Assembly: GCA_050506795.1 (NCBI GenBank)
Contig: JBJHCF010000001.1
Location: 1 to 64,000 of the forward strand
Direction of reading: 5' to 3'
DNA from: Opitutia bacterium
Lineage (GTDB): Bacteria > Verrucomicrobiota > Verrucomicrobiia > Opitutales > T3Sed10-336
Length of the DNA: 64,000 bases
Made by a program: the position numbers and the translations under genes. Within the stretch, counting starts at the first letter, position 1; the number at the start of each line of letters is the position of its first letter. This document shows positions 17,510 through 27,956 of the stretch, piece by piece. The notes under the pieces were generated by a model that saw only the letters and a program-made list of their open reading frames with translations, ran no database searches and was not told the DNA's origin.

Positions 17510-19882
17510 CTAGTCGTCGCTTTCGTTCGGTTCGGCCCGAACGAGGCGGAGATCGAATAGTCCCCCTGCAAGAGAGCCGGGTCGGGCGACGAATTCGATG
17601 GTGAGTGACGCGCCGGCCGCGTCCTCGAGAATATTGGAGGGAATGGCATGGCGCACGTCGAAGAATTCTCCGGGGTGTTCGGCGCGCAGGCGTTCGGTGA
17701 CGAGGAGCCGGTCGTTGACGCGAATGTCGAAGGTGCGATCATCACCTCCCCAGTAGGTGAGGATCAGTTCGGCCGCCGATACGTCGTCCGGGAGTGGGAT
17801 CTGGTAACTGAACCGCTGACCGTGACGGTACCGGCGTCCGGACCATTCCCCGGCTTCGGTCTCCTCGCCGCGGAAGTTGTGTTCCACTTCGGGCTGTTGT
17901 TCGCCGGGGCGAACGTGGCCGATAGTGATGGCTTCCAGGGCGAGAGCTTGGCGCTCGGAATCCTCCGTGCGTGTCCGGATCGCCTCTTGTGATTCCCGGT
18001 CCAGGACCTGCCAGTACATTTGGTAGCGGGTGTCATGGAGTCTGAAGAACGGCGTGAGAACGGTTCCGGCAAAGTCGGCGGGTTCGATGGCGCTATCGAT
18101 GGTGAAGGTCAGCGGTCGATTGTCTACCGGATTGATGGCATCGATGATTTCACCGAGGTCGTTCGCCACCAGGGCGGGTGCTTCGTTCAAGGGACGAAGC
18201 GGGCCGTGCGCGATATGCGACCAGCGGGAGTCGTCGGCTCGCAATCCGACCTGGTCTTCGCGTCCCGACTCCGCGGCCAGCAGGATGGGGCCGTGCAGGA
18301 TGGCATGCCATTCGGAGCCGTCGGGCAAGGGTTCGAGGCGGGTGGTCATGGGCAGGTCGACGACCACTTCGTCGCCTTCGCTCCAGGTCCGGCGCACGCT
18401 GACGTAGCTTGAGGGCTCGGACTCTTCTTCAAACACCGCGCCGTTGATTCTGATTTGGAACCCGTCTTTGACCCAACCGGGATGGCGAAGGCGCAGGGCG
18501 AAATGTCGGGGCTCGTCCAGGGAAAAGGTGAATCGGACGCTGGATTCGTCGGGAAAGGCGGTGTGCTGAGTCACGATGATCCCCCGTTCCTGCCAATCCA
18601 GGGTGGAGGCGGTGTAGAGGTTTACCCACAGCCCGTCGCTGTCATGGGCATAGACAAACTGTCCGTATCGTCCGGGATTTTCCATGCCGGAGCCGACGCA
18701 GCACCAGAAGTGCCTTTCCGGAACCGAATAAACGCGGTAATGCGCCGGGCGGATGGGGGTAAAATAGACGTAGCCGGGATCGTCCGGGTGAATAATCGAA
18801 AGAATGTGGTTAAGGAGAGCCCGCTCGTAGTAGTCGGCGTATCCGGCATCCGGATTCGCGGCGAAAAGATGCTCGGCCAAACGAAGCATATTGTAGGTGT
18901 TGCAGCTTTCCGGACCTTCACGGTGTTCGAGCATGCCGCGAAAATCGTCGGGTCGGTTGAAGTGCTCGGCCACGCTGTTGCCGCCGAAAGCGACGCTGCG
19001 ACGGTTGATCACCGTGTCCCAGAAGAAACGAGCGGCCGAGGCGTGAGCTTCGTCGTTGGCGAGCCCGGCGATACGGGCGAACCCGATGACTTTCGGAATC
19101 TGGGTGTTGGCGTGCATCCCGGTCAACCGGTCCTCGCCCTGGGCGAGCGGATCGAGAATCGCCCGATGGGAGAAGCGCCGGGCCAGTTCGAGGTAGCGTT
19201 GGTCACCGGTGATGGCGGCGACATCGGCCAGCACCTCGTTCATGCCGCCGTGTTCGGATCGGAGCATGTCCTGCAGTTGTTCGTCCGAGAGATCGGCCAC
19301 TAACGTTTCACACCAATCGGCAAACGCGATCAGCGCGTCGCGCGCCGGTTCGCTGCCCACGACCAACCAGGCGTCCCGAAGGCCGGCGTAGGTCTTGTGG
19401 ATGTTGTACCAGGGGACCCACCGGTTATTGAGACTGAACGCGCCGGCGCGAATCTCACCCCGGGCGACTTCCGCCCAGAGTTCCTTGCTGCCGGGTACGC
19501 CGCCGATATAGCCGTCGCCGTAAGCCTCCTGGCACTCGACAAGCTCGCTCACGATGTAATCGAGACGGCTGCGGAACTCCGGTTCACCGGTGAGCGCGTG
19601 CATGTAGGCGAGGGCGGAGAGATAATGGCCGAGAGTATGCCCGTCGAGCCCGGTGTTCTCCCAGTTGCCATACGATTCGCCCCTCGGTTCGAGTCCGGCC
19701 TCGCGTCGGAACGGCGCCAGGAAGCGGTCCGGATCGTGGGCGAGCAGGTACTCGGCGTTTGAGCTGATGGCCGCGGTGAACGGGCCCTCATCAAGACTGA
19801 CCCGTTCCGGCGGAAAGTATTCAACTGCCAGGGCGGAGTTTGCGAGGGTCATGGCGAGCAGGAGACATTTAATTTTTTTCAT
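17510..19882 (-). CDS. Secreted beta-L-arabinofuranosidase, GH127/GH146 family
   Basis: GHTLGHYLSAL, VPWYNIHK, EHGGMNE, HANTQIPK, ESCNTYNM, WCCVGSGMEN; signal peptide. Confidence 0.88.
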   Translation of the reverse strand: MKKIKCLLLAMTLANSALAVEYFPPERVSLDEGPFTAAISSNAEYLLAHDPDRFLAPFRREAGLEPRGESYGNWENTGLDGHTLGHYLSALAYMHALTGEPEFRSRLDYIVSELVECQEAYGDGYIGGVPGSKELWAEVARGEIRAGAFSLNNRWVPWYNIHKTYAGLRDAWLVVGSEPARDALIAFADWCETLVADLSDEQLQDMLRSEHGGMNEVLADVAAITGDQRYLELARRFSHRAILDPLAQGEDRLTGMHANTQIPKVIGFARIAGLANDEAHASAARFFWDTVINRRSVAFGGNSVAEHFNRPDDFRGMLEHREGPESCNTYNMLRLAEHLFAANPDAGYADYYERALLNHILSIIHPDDPGYVYFTPIRPAHYRVYSVPERHFWCCVGSGMENPGRYGQFVYAHDSDGLWVNLYTASTLDWQERGIIVTQHTAFPDESSVRFTFSLDEPRHFALRLRHPGWVKDGFQIRINGAVFEEESEPSSYVSVRRTWSEGDEVVVDLPMTTRLEPLPDGSEWHAILHGPILLAAESGREDQVGLRADDSRWSHIAHGPLRPLNEAPALVANDLGEIIDAINPVDNRPLTFTIDSAIEPADFAGTVLTPFFRLHDTRYQMYWQVLDRESQEAIRTRTEDSERQALALEAITIGHVRPGEQQPEVEHNFRGEETEAGEWSGRRYRHGQRFSYQIPLPDDVSAAELILTYWGGDDRTFDIRVNDRLLVTERLRAEHPGEFFDVRHAIPSNILEDAAGASLTIEFVARPGSLAGGLFDLRLVRAEPNESDD

Positions 19883-20080
19883 GGGATGCTTGGTCAATTT
19901 GACAGGAACGGACCGGCCCTGTCGATTCGCGGATTTCTCGAAGGAAAAAGAATCGCGTTTGCTGATACGGGTTATAACCGGCGCTCGTTCCGGCGTACCT
20001 GCCCCGGGCCGTCGATGTCCGGGCGGTGCACCGGCAGGTGGCGTTCGAAGGGATCGGTCGGTCCGCCGGAAGTGACAGCA

Positions 20081-20956
20081 TTACGATTTGACCGCGCCCG
20101 CGGTGAGACCGCTGATAAAGGTGCGCTGGAAGAGCAGGAAGGCGATTATGAGCGGCAGCGTGGCGACCAGGCCGGCCGCCATAATGAGCCCGTAGGGAGT
20201 GCGCTCTTCGCCCTGCAGCAGGTAGATCAGCAGTGGCATGGTGGTCATGTTTTCCGTTCGCAGAACGATGAACGCCCACATCAGGTTGTTCCAGACGTTG
20301 ATCAGGGCCAGCACGCCCAGGGCCCCCATGGCGGGACGGGCGATCGGTAGAATGACGCGCCAGTAGGTGTCGAATTCGCTGGCGCCGTCGATTGCGGCGG
20401 CGTCGTAGAGGTCTCCCGGGACATTGTTGGCGATGTATTGCCGCATCCAAAAGATGCCGAAGGCGTTGGCGGAACCGGGGAGGATCATCGCCCAGTAGGT
20501 GTTGATGAGGTTCAGGTTGGTCAGGACCACGAACACCGGAATCATGGTCACGGCCTGCGGAATCAGCATGGTGCCGAGCACGAAGGCAAACAGCCAGCGG
20601 TGGCCGGGAGCTTGCGGATAACGGGCGAAAGCCATGCCCGCCAGCGAGCAGAGAAACAAGGTGAGACAAACGTGAACAACCGCGATCACGGTCGTATTAA
20701 AAAAGGCCCGGGGCAGGGGGGTCTGATCGAAAACGGCGATCAGGTTCTCGAAACGAGGGGGCCAGGGGAAAAAACTGGGTGTGGAGGTGAAGATCTCGGC
20801 CTGGGTCTTGAGGGCGGAACTGACCAGCCAGTACATGGGCACCAGGAACGCCAGCGCCGACAGGCTCAACATCAGGTAGAGAAACAGTTTTTCCCGCTTC
20901 GCGGCGTTGTCGCTCAGGCTTGTGCCGCCGGGCCGGGTCTTGGTCGCGGATTTCAT
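20081..20956 (-). CDS. Carbohydrate ABC transporter permease (MalG/AraQ-like)
   Basis: Six TM segments; EAA-loop variant DAAAIDGAS; C-terminal FISGLTAGAVK. Confidence 0.93.
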   Translation of the reverse strand: MKSATKTRPGGTSLSDNAAKREKLFLYLMLSLSALAFLVPMYWLVSSALKTQAEIFTSTPSFFPWPPRFENLIAVFDQTPLPRAFFNTTVIAVVHVCLTLFLCSLAGMAFARYPQAPGHRWLFAFVLGTMLIPQAVTMIPVFVVLTNLNLINTYWAMILPGSANAFGIFWMRQYIANNVPGDLYDAAAIDGASEFDTYWRVILPIARPAMGALGVLALINVWNNLMWAFIVLRTENMTTMPLLIYLLQGEERTPYGLIMAAGLVATLPLIIAFLLFQRTFISGLTAGAVKS

Positions 20957-21912
20957 TCGTGGTTCGCGCGGTTGGTCCGGAAGATCAGTAGGGTCAGGAT
21001 GAATACGACGAAGGCCACCACGTAGGCGGCGGCGGAAGCATAACCGAAGCGGAAGTTGCCAAAGGCTTCATCAAAGAGGAACAGACCGAAGGTGGTCGAG
21101 GATACGCCGGGACCGCCCTCGGTCATGACGAACACTTCGTCGAACAGGTACACGGTACCGATCAGTGACATAATCGTGACAAAAACGAACGTTGGCCGCA
21201 TGTGCGGGATGGTGACGTGACGCAGTTGCTGCAAGCGGCTGGCGCCGTCGATACGCGCCGCTTCGTAGAGTGAGCGATCGATCCCCTGGAGTCCGGCCAA
21301 CATGATGACCATGTTGTACCCGGTCCAGCGCCACACCAGCAGGATGGCCAGCGAGGGCTTGGACCAGCGCTCGCTCTCGAGCCACGGAATGCCCGAAGGG
21401 CTCACGCCGAACCAACCGCCCACGGATTTGATGATCTGATTGAAGATGCCGAATTCCGTTCCGAACATCAGGCCGAAGACGATGGCCACCACCACGGCCG
21501 GTGTGATGACCGGCATGAAAACGGTGGCGCGCCAGACCGCGCGCAGTTTGAGCCAGGGCTGGTTGAGCAGCAGGGCGAAAATGAATGCCAGCACCAGCAT
21601 CGGCGGCACGTAGAGCAGACCGAGGATGAGCGTGTTCCAGAGGGAGATGAAAAAAAGCCGGTCCTGGAAAAGCGCCCGGAAATTCTCCAGGCCCACCCAG
21701 ACCGGTTCGGTCAATCCGTCCCAACTCAGGAAGGACAGGTACAGGGAGAAAAGGAGAGGGTAGAGTCCGAATACGGCGAAGATGATAAAGAAAGGGGAGA
21801 TAAAAAGGTAGAAATACCGGTAATACCACATGCGCACACCCAAGCGACGGAGGCGGGTGGTCATTCCTTGGGGAGCCGGCGCCGTGCCGGCGGAGGATTG
21901 CGGGCTGTTCAT
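20953..21912 (-). CDS. Carbohydrate ABC transporter permease (MalF/AraP-like)
   Basis: VGLENF, AGLQGI..SLYEAARIDGAS, GYASA. Confidence 0.93.
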   Translation of the reverse strand: MNSPQSSAGTAPAPQGMTTRLRRLGVRMWYYRYFYLFISPFFIIFAVFGLYPLLFSLYLSFLSWDGLTEPVWVGLENFRALFQDRLFFISLWNTLILGLLYVPPMLVLAFIFALLLNQPWLKLRAVWRATVFMPVITPAVVVAIVFGLMFGTEFGIFNQIIKSVGGWFGVSPSGIPWLESERWSKPSLAILLVWRWTGYNMVIMLAGLQGIDRSLYEAARIDGASRLQQLRHVTIPHMRPTFVFVTIMSLIGTVYLFDEVFVMTEGGPGVSSTTFGLFLFDEAFGNFRFGYASAAAYVVAFVVFILTLLIFRTNRANHE

Positions 21913-23249
21913 GAGCGATCGGCGGTGTGTTCCGTTGCCGGGGCGATTGGACGATTGATCTTCCGGCTCAGGGCGTCGGCCAGATTTCGCAGGAAGGTTT
22001 CGTTATCCAGCCGGCGGGTGAGCCAGCCGCTGAGGGTTTGGTGCAACATACGTTCGGCTTCGTTCCAGTCGCGGGTTCGGTTCATGGGAGGAATGTGCTC
22101 CAGGTCGGTGGCAAAAAGCCGATGGACTTGTTGGCCGGCGAAAAAGGGGTCGGGCTCGTCGAAATAGGGATGCTCCAGCGCCGGCAGGTAGGCGGGGAAA
22201 AGACCGCGTTCCCGGTATTGCGTCACTTGCCCCTCCACGGTGGCATTGGCGAATTCGATAAAACGCCAGGCCTCCAGGCCGACTTCGCTCTGATCCGGAA
22301 TCAGCAGTACCGAGCCCCCCAGATTACTGGTGCGCAGGCCCCCCGGGGTGAAGGCCGGCAGGCGGAACACGCCCCATTCGCCTTCCCGCTGCGGCGGGAA
22401 ATTGTCCTTGATCTGGTTCATGAACCAAACCGCGTTTGGGTACGAGGCGACGCTGTCGCCGTCGAACGAAGCCAGCAACTCGGGGCCGGAGAGGGAGGTG
22501 GTGACCCCGGAATCGACCAGACGACGTATGATTTCCAGGGCTTGGATGTTTTCGCGGGAGTACAGGATGATCTCTCCGTCCTGGTTGAAGATGCCCCCGC
22601 CGTTCTGTTGCATGAGGATCTGGAAAAAATCCGGCAGGCCGCTCAGCGCCAGCGGCATCATGGCGGTGCGACCGTTGGAGGCCTCCCGAATGTGCCGGCC
22701 GACTTCGATAAAATCATCCCAGGTTTCAATCGAATCCGGGTCGACCTCGTACTGTTCGAAAATCCAGCGTTTGTAGAACACCGCACAGGGACCCATATCC
22801 CACGGGAGCGCATAGACACGCCCTTCGTAAAGACAACTTTCCCAAAAGGCCTCGGCGAAATCGTCGGCGTGGATCGACGCCAGTTCGGTCAGGTCCATGA
22901 GGCGTCCGCTTGGGGTGAACTTCGGCGCTTCCCGCTCCTGCATCTGTCCGACGTCCGGAGCGCCCACGCCGGCGGCCATTCCGAGCAGGAAGCGGGATTG
23001 GAGGTTGGCCCCGCTGCGCACCACGCGCACATCGATTCCCGGATTTGCGGCTTCGAATTCCGGCACCAGCAGGTCAAGCGCCTCCGCCGCGATGCTCCAT
23101 CCCCAGACCTCAACGATGCTGCGGCCGTCAGGTTCGTCCTGGGCCCCCCATGACGGCAACCAGGTGATCAGGGCTCCCAACCCCACCACACCGGCCACCA
23201 AGGCCATTTTTATAAGGGTGGAGGATAACGGTGGGCTTGGGTTGGCCAT
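21909..23249 (-). CDS. Sugar ABC transporter substrate-binding protein
   Basis: SBP_bac_1 features (FEAANPGIDV, APDV, GRVYALPWD, FYKRWIFE, GGSVL); N-terminal hydrophobic segment. Confidence 0.9.
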   Translation of the reverse strand: MANPSPPLSSTLIKMALVAGVVGLGALITWLPSWGAQDEPDGRSIVEVWGWSIAAEALDLLVPEFEAANPGIDVRVVRSGANLQSRFLLGMAAGVGAPDVGQMQEREAPKFTPSGRLMDLTELASIHADDFAEAFWESCLYEGRVYALPWDMGPCAVFYKRWIFEQYEVDPDSIETWDDFIEVGRHIREASNGRTAMMPLALSGLPDFFQILMQQNGGGIFNQDGEIILYSRENIQALEIIRRLVDSGVTTSLSGPELLASFDGDSVASYPNAVWFMNQIKDNFPPQREGEWGVFRLPAFTPGGLRTSNLGGSVLLIPDQSEVGLEAWRFIEFANATVEGQVTQYRERGLFPAYLPALEHPYFDEPDPFFAGQQVHRLFATDLEHIPPMNRTRDWNEAERMLHQTLSGWLTRRLDNETFLRNLADALSRKINRPIAPATEHTADRS

Positions 23250-23582
23250 TGGATTGATCCGGCTTCAGTGAAATCGTTTGCTTTGAGGAAAAATCGTCCT
23301 GCCGCCGAAACGGCTCGTCAGGCCGGGTTTCCTTTGATCGTCGTTCGAGAGAAAGGTCGGTCAGTGGGTTCAGGATGCACAATCCGGGGATTGCGTTTCA
23401 AGCAAATAGCGATTGGCTGAGTTTGATTCCCGGTGCAGGATTCAAAATTTAAAATTTTCGATCTGAACTGGTTTTTGATGCCGCCTTCAAAGGCCGGATG
23501 GAGCGCCATGGGGGCGAGATTGAATCTCTCAGACTTTGCCTTTGATTTTTCCCCCTTATGCTGAACAATGCGGTGAACTTAT

Positions 23583-24287
23583 ATGAAGAAGCTTTTCCTG
23601 TTTTTCGCTTTGGGAGCCATTTTGACGCCATCCGGCCTGTCGGCTCTGATTACCACCCCGATGTTCCTTTACGAAGCGGATCCCTATGTGTCCCTCACCG
23701 GCGGGGTCGGACGCGCAACCGACTATGCCCGCGGACGTAATCGGGAGATTCAGGTGGGGAACCATCATGGCATCGCGCTTGCGTTTGGCTACGAATACAC
23801 CCAATGGCGCTTTGAGTTGGAGGGGGCCTACCGTCGGTCCAACATTGACGGCCACCTGCACTTCGGTCCGCCGCCCACGCGGCGGATGCCGGTGCTGTTT
23901 GAACAGAGCGCGCGGGGCAAGGTCGAGGATCTGGCCCTGATGTTCAACGGAATCTATTCCTTTCCCATCGATCGGCGCTGGCGTCCTTATGCCGGGGCCG
24001 GCGTCGGGTTCTCCTATTTACGCCTGAGCGACTTTCAGCGTCATCGCTCGTTCAACCGTAACGAAACGACCACTGACGGCGACCTGGTCCTGGCCTTCCA
24101 GATGATGTTGGGCATCGTTTTCAGCCTGAATCCGGATTTTGATCTCACGGTCGGGTATCGCTACTTCGCCACCCAGGATGTGGAGTGGTCGGTGCATGAC
24201 TTCTGGGAGAAGAATCAGCGCGAGGACCTCAAGTTTTCCGGCACCAATCTTCACCTGCTCGAACTGGGGCTGAAGTATCGATTTTAA
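23583..24287 (+). CDS. Small outer-membrane beta-barrel protein (OmpA-TM/opacity-like)
   Basis: Signal peptide; WRFELEG, PYAGAGVG, LTVGYRYF, terminal LGLKYRF. Confidence 0.85.
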   Translation: MKKLFLFFALGAILTPSGLSALITTPMFLYEADPYVSLTGGVGRATDYARGRNREIQVGNHHGIALAFGYEYTQWRFELEGAYRRSNIDGHLHFGPPPTRRMPVLFEQSARGKVEDLALMFNGIYSFPIDRRWRPYAGAGVGFSYLRLSDFQRHRSFNRNETTTDGDLVLAFQMMLGIVFSLNPDFDLTVGYRYFATQDVEWSVHDFWEKNQREDLKFSGTNLHLLELGLKYRF

Positions 24288-24305
24288 GCCCGCAAACAGA
24301 CGCCC

Positions 24306-24848
24306 ATGGAAGCACTGATACAAGCGTTTCAAAACCTCCGCCAGCGGTGGCGGGCCATGCGGGGAGACGAATCCGCGGAGAACGGGTCTGCTCCCGGGTT
24401 GTTGGAGGGAACGAAGGAGGTCCTTTTTATCTGCACCGGGAACTATTACCGGAGCCGCTTCGCCGAAGCGCTTTTCAACCACAATGCGATCGAAGCGGAA
24501 TTACCCTGGCGGGCCTTTTCACGCGGAGTGGCGGTTCATTTGGCTCAGGCCGATCTGTCTCCGCACACCCGGGAGGCGCTGGATACGCGTGGCATCGATC
24601 TGCACATGACCGCGCCCACCCGCACCGCGCTTTCGGAGGAGGATTTTCGGCGCGCGGCGAAGTCCATCGCCCTGAAACGCACCGAGCATGAGCGTTTTAT
24701 CGCCAAGCAGTTCCCCGAGTGGAAAGATATGGTTGAGTACTGGCAGATCGATGATATCGACGTGGCCCCGCCCGATGAAGCGCTGCCTCAGTTGGAGCAG
24801 GCGGTGTTGCGCCTTCTCCGGGAACTGCAGCGCGAAAGCATCCATTGA
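24306..24848 (+). CDS. Low-molecular-weight phosphatase family protein
   Basis: P-loop VLFICTGNYYRSRFAE (CX5R). Confidence 0.85.
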   Translation: MEALIQAFQNLRQRWRAMRGDESAENGSAPGLLEGTKEVLFICTGNYYRSRFAEALFNHNAIEAELPWRAFSRGVAVHLAQADLSPHTREALDTRGIDLHMTAPTRTALSEEDFRRAAKSIALKRTEHERFIAKQFPEWKDMVEYWQIDDIDVAPPDEALPQLEQAVLRLLRELQRESIH

Positions 24849-24871
24849 GGTCGAGCTGGGCGCGGCCGGCG

Positions 24872-26491
24872 TTACGTTCCCACGGCTTCCTGCTCGATGC
24901 GGGCGATGTATTCGCTGACGTTGCAGGTCAGCATCCGGCTGCCGTCGGGCCTGACTTCCAGGACTTTGTTCACCACAGGGTCGAGGAAGTCGCGGTCGTG
25001 GCTGACCAGGATCACGGTGCCGTCGAAGAGTTTGATGGCGTCCTGCAAAACCGATTTGCTGCGGATATCCAGGTGATTGGTGGGTTCGTCCAGGATAACG
25101 CAATTGGCCGGTCGCATCAGCATTTTGGCCAAAGCCACCCGGTTGCGTTCACCTCCCGAGAGGACTGAGACCGGTTTTTTCTGCTCGGCGCCGCTGAAGA
25201 GCAGGGCCCCCAGCGCTCCGCGGGGATTGGCGTCGGGGTTGTCGGCGGCGGCCCCTTCGACCTCCTCCAGAACGGTCTTGGTGACATCGAGTTCCTCCGC
25301 CTGCTGCTGGGCGAAATAACCGATCACCGTGTTCACCCCGCATTCGCGTTCGCCGGAGTCCAGCGGCTCGATCCCCGCCAGGATTCTGGCCAGGGTGGAT
25401 TTCCCCGCACCATTGACGCCGACCACCGCGATGCGGTCGCCTTTGTCGATGCGCAAACTGAGTCCGTCGAACACTTTGATGTCGCCGTACGACTTGCGAA
25501 TATCGGTTAACTCCACCACCTTCTGACTGGCCGGGGGCGGGGGAGGGAAGCGGAAAAAGATCTTCTTTTCCTCGCGTTCCACCTCGATGATTTCCTTCTT
25601 CTCCAGTTGCTTGATGCGGCTCTGCACCATGCTGGCTTTTTTCTGATTGGAGCGGAACCGGTTGATGAATTCCTTTTGCCGGGCGATTTCCTTTTTTTGC
25701 TCGGCGGCTTTCCGGCGCTGGGTGGCAATGCGTTCCGCGCTGTCCTTCTCGTAGAAATCGTAGTTTCCGGAATAGGTGTTCAGGTTGCCGAGTTTGAGTT
25801 CGAACGTCCGGTTGGTGATGGCGTTGAGGAAGGCGCGGTCGTGGGAAATCACCATCAGGGCGCCCCGGTAATTCTTCAGGTAACCTTCCAGCCAGTGCTG
25901 GGAAAGAATGTCGAGGTGGTTGGTGGGCTCGTCGAGGAGCAGGAGCGAAGGCGTCTGGAGCAGCAGCTTTCCGAGCGCGATTCGCATTTGCCATCCCCCG
26001 GAAAACTCCCCGGTGTCGCGTTGCAGGTCGGTGTCGGAAAAACCCAGACCGTGCAGCACGCGCTCGATGCGGGACTTCATTTTTTCCGGCTCGTGGTCAT
26101 CCAGTTGATGCTCCCACTCTCCGATGGTGTCGATCAGTTCGTAATACTCCTCATCGTTCGGATCCAATTCGTACATGCGCTCGGTGGCGGCGTCGATTTT
26201 CTTCTGCAGGGTAAGCGCGTCGGCAAAAGCGGTTTCCGCTTCGGCATACAGCGTTTTTCCCTTCGAGGAAATGCCGTCCTGCGGCAGGTAGCCCAGCGTC
26301 ACGAAACTCGGCTTCTCCACCTGTCCCGAGTCGATCTCGGCTTCGCCGAGCAGGAGCTTGAAAAAGGTGGACTTGCCCGCACCGTTGACCCCCACCAGAC
26401 CGATGCGGTCGTGCTGACCGATGGTGGCGGAAATGTCGTTGAAAAGGACGCGCTCCCCGTAGGCGAGTTTGATGTCTCTGAGATTGATCAT
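24872..26491 (-). CDS. ABC-F family ATPase
   Basis: Two nucleotide-binding domains (GVNGAGKST twice, FSGGW/LSGGE, LDEPTNHLD); no TM segments. Confidence 0.93.
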   Translation of the reverse strand: MINLRDIKLAYGERVLFNDISATIGQHDRIGLVGVNGAGKSTFFKLLLGEAEIDSGQVEKPSFVTLGYLPQDGISSKGKTLYAEAETAFADALTLQKKIDAATERMYELDPNDEEYYELIDTIGEWEHQLDDHEPEKMKSRIERVLHGLGFSDTDLQRDTGEFSGGWQMRIALGKLLLQTPSLLLLDEPTNHLDILSQHWLEGYLKNYRGALMVISHDRAFLNAITNRTFELKLGNLNTYSGNYDFYEKDSAERIATQRRKAAEQKKEIARQKEFINRFRSNQKKASMVQSRIKQLEKKEIIEVEREEKKIFFRFPPPPPASQKVVELTDIRKSYGDIKVFDGLSLRIDKGDRIAVVGVNGAGKSTLARILAGIEPLDSGERECGVNTVIGYFAQQQAEELDVTKTVLEEVEGAAADNPDANPRGALGALLFSGAEQKKPVSVLSGGERNRVALAKMLMRPANCVILDEPTNHLDIRSKSVLQDAIKLFDGTVILVSHDRDFLDPVVNKVLEVRPDGSRMLTCNVSEYIARIEQEAVGT

Positions 26492-26690
26492 AAAGGCATT
26501 CGCGGGCGCTTTCGCATCGACTTCAATCATCGATCCCCATCGCCCGTAAAACCGTTTAACGGATCACATTCCCCTTGACGCGTCAACGCCGAAGGCGACT
26601 GCCGGGGAATCCAGACGGCGGAAGTAATCGCGGAGGCAGCCCCGGTCGTGCGCCGGCAGATGTTCGGAACGGACCTGGGCGCAACCGTCG

Positions 26691-27716
26691 CTACCGCGCC
26701 CCCGACATTTCGCGGGTCATGGCGAGGAGGCCGTCGACCACGCGGGTCATGCGCGGGTAGTCGAGCTTGTCCGGGGTGTCCGCAACGGTGTGATAGTAGG
26801 GGTAGCGGAAAGGGGCCGTGTCGGTGACCATGAAGGCGGGATAACCTTCCTCCCAGAAGGCCCAGTGGTCGGACCAGCCCACGCCGGGGATGAAGGCGGG
26901 AATGGCGGCCCCTTCCGAGGGCATGCGGGCGTTTTCGCGGAAAGCACGGATGCCGTCGCGCACCAGGTGACGGGACCGGACGTTGCCGACAAAGGCGATA
27001 AAATTGCCTCTTGTGGGATAGAGTAACTTGAACGGCCCCGGGTAGCGCTGGCTTCCGGGTTCGTTCGAGTAGTAGCCGATGGTTTCGAGGCTGACCATGC
27101 CGATGATGTCGTCGCCGCGGTCCCGTGCCGCCCGGGCGTAAACCAGGCTGCCCATGTGTTCAGTCTGGAAGTAGGGCGGTTCCTCGTTGGCGAAGGCGAC
27201 GAAACGAACCGTGATCTCCGGCTCGTCATCGGCCATCGCCCGGGCTATGGCCAGAAGGGCGGCGACACCGCTGGCGTTGTCGTTGGCGGCCGGTGTGCCG
27301 AAAACCGAATCGTAGTGGGCGCCGAGGACGAGAATCCTTTCGGGATTGTTTCGTCCGAGTCGTTCCGCTTCCAGGTTGTAGCAGGTGTGGCCGTCGGTCT
27401 CGAACTCCTGTCGCCGCACCTCATAGCCGGCGGCGCGAAACTCCTGTTCGATATAGTCGGCGGCTGCCAGGTAGTTGGCATGGGCGCGCACGTTGCGATC
27501 GCCTATTTCACCGGCAAGGATCTCCACATCGCGGACCAGATCATCCTTCAGCGCCTCCTCCTCAGGGGAAAGCGGAGTCCAGGGTCCGTCGAAACTGCTG
27601 GCCGGCATGCGTATCATCGTCCACCAGACGGCCGCGGCGGCCGCCGTTGCCAACATCAGATAAAGAATGATCCTGACCCGCAAGCGAAGGAGTGTTTTTT
27701 TGCGCTGAAGCGTCAT
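26691..27716 (-). CDS. M28 family metallopeptidase
   Basis: GAHYDS, ANDNASG, NEEPP, SDH..F, YHTVADT. Confidence 0.9.
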   Translation of the reverse strand: MTLQRKKTLLRLRVRIILYLMLATAAAAAVWWTMIRMPASSFDGPWTPLSPEEEALKDDLVRDVEILAGEIGDRNVRAHANYLAAADYIEQEFRAAGYEVRRQEFETDGHTCYNLEAERLGRNNPERILVLGAHYDSVFGTPAANDNASGVAALLAIARAMADDEPEITVRFVAFANEEPPYFQTEHMGSLVYARAARDRGDDIIGMVSLETIGYYSNEPGSQRYPGPFKLLYPTRGNFIAFVGNVRSRHLVRDGIRAFRENARMPSEGAAIPAFIPGVGWSDHWAFWEEGYPAFMVTDTAPFRYPYYHTVADTPDKLDYPRMTRVVDGLLAMTREMSGAR

Positions 27717-27877
27717 TCGTACCGACGTGGAGAAATCGGAAGCTAACCGTGAACGGTACGCATGGCAATAGGAAAGGCTTGCGATGGGTATCGGCGGGCC
27801 GAAACCCGATTTCGCCTAGCAGGAATGCTACTCGGTTAAGGCGATTCTACTTGGTTATTGTGTTAACGAATCCTTTA

Positions 27878-27956
27878 AACAGCGGAAATTGGGCTCACAC
27901 GGAGGCACGGAGAGTTCAAGCGGGCCCGCCTCCGTGAGCTCCGTGACTCCGTGTGA
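27878..27956. repeat. Dispersed palindromic CACGGAG/CTCCGTG element, copy 1
   Basis: aacagcggaaattgggctcacacggaggcacggag...ctccgtgagctccgtgactccgtgtga; left end nearly identical to 57417. Confidence 0.8.

Noticed and set aside
26575..26586. Palindrome TTGACGCGTCAA
   Set aside because: Short and explainable as a -35 element plus chance symmetry; no other support.
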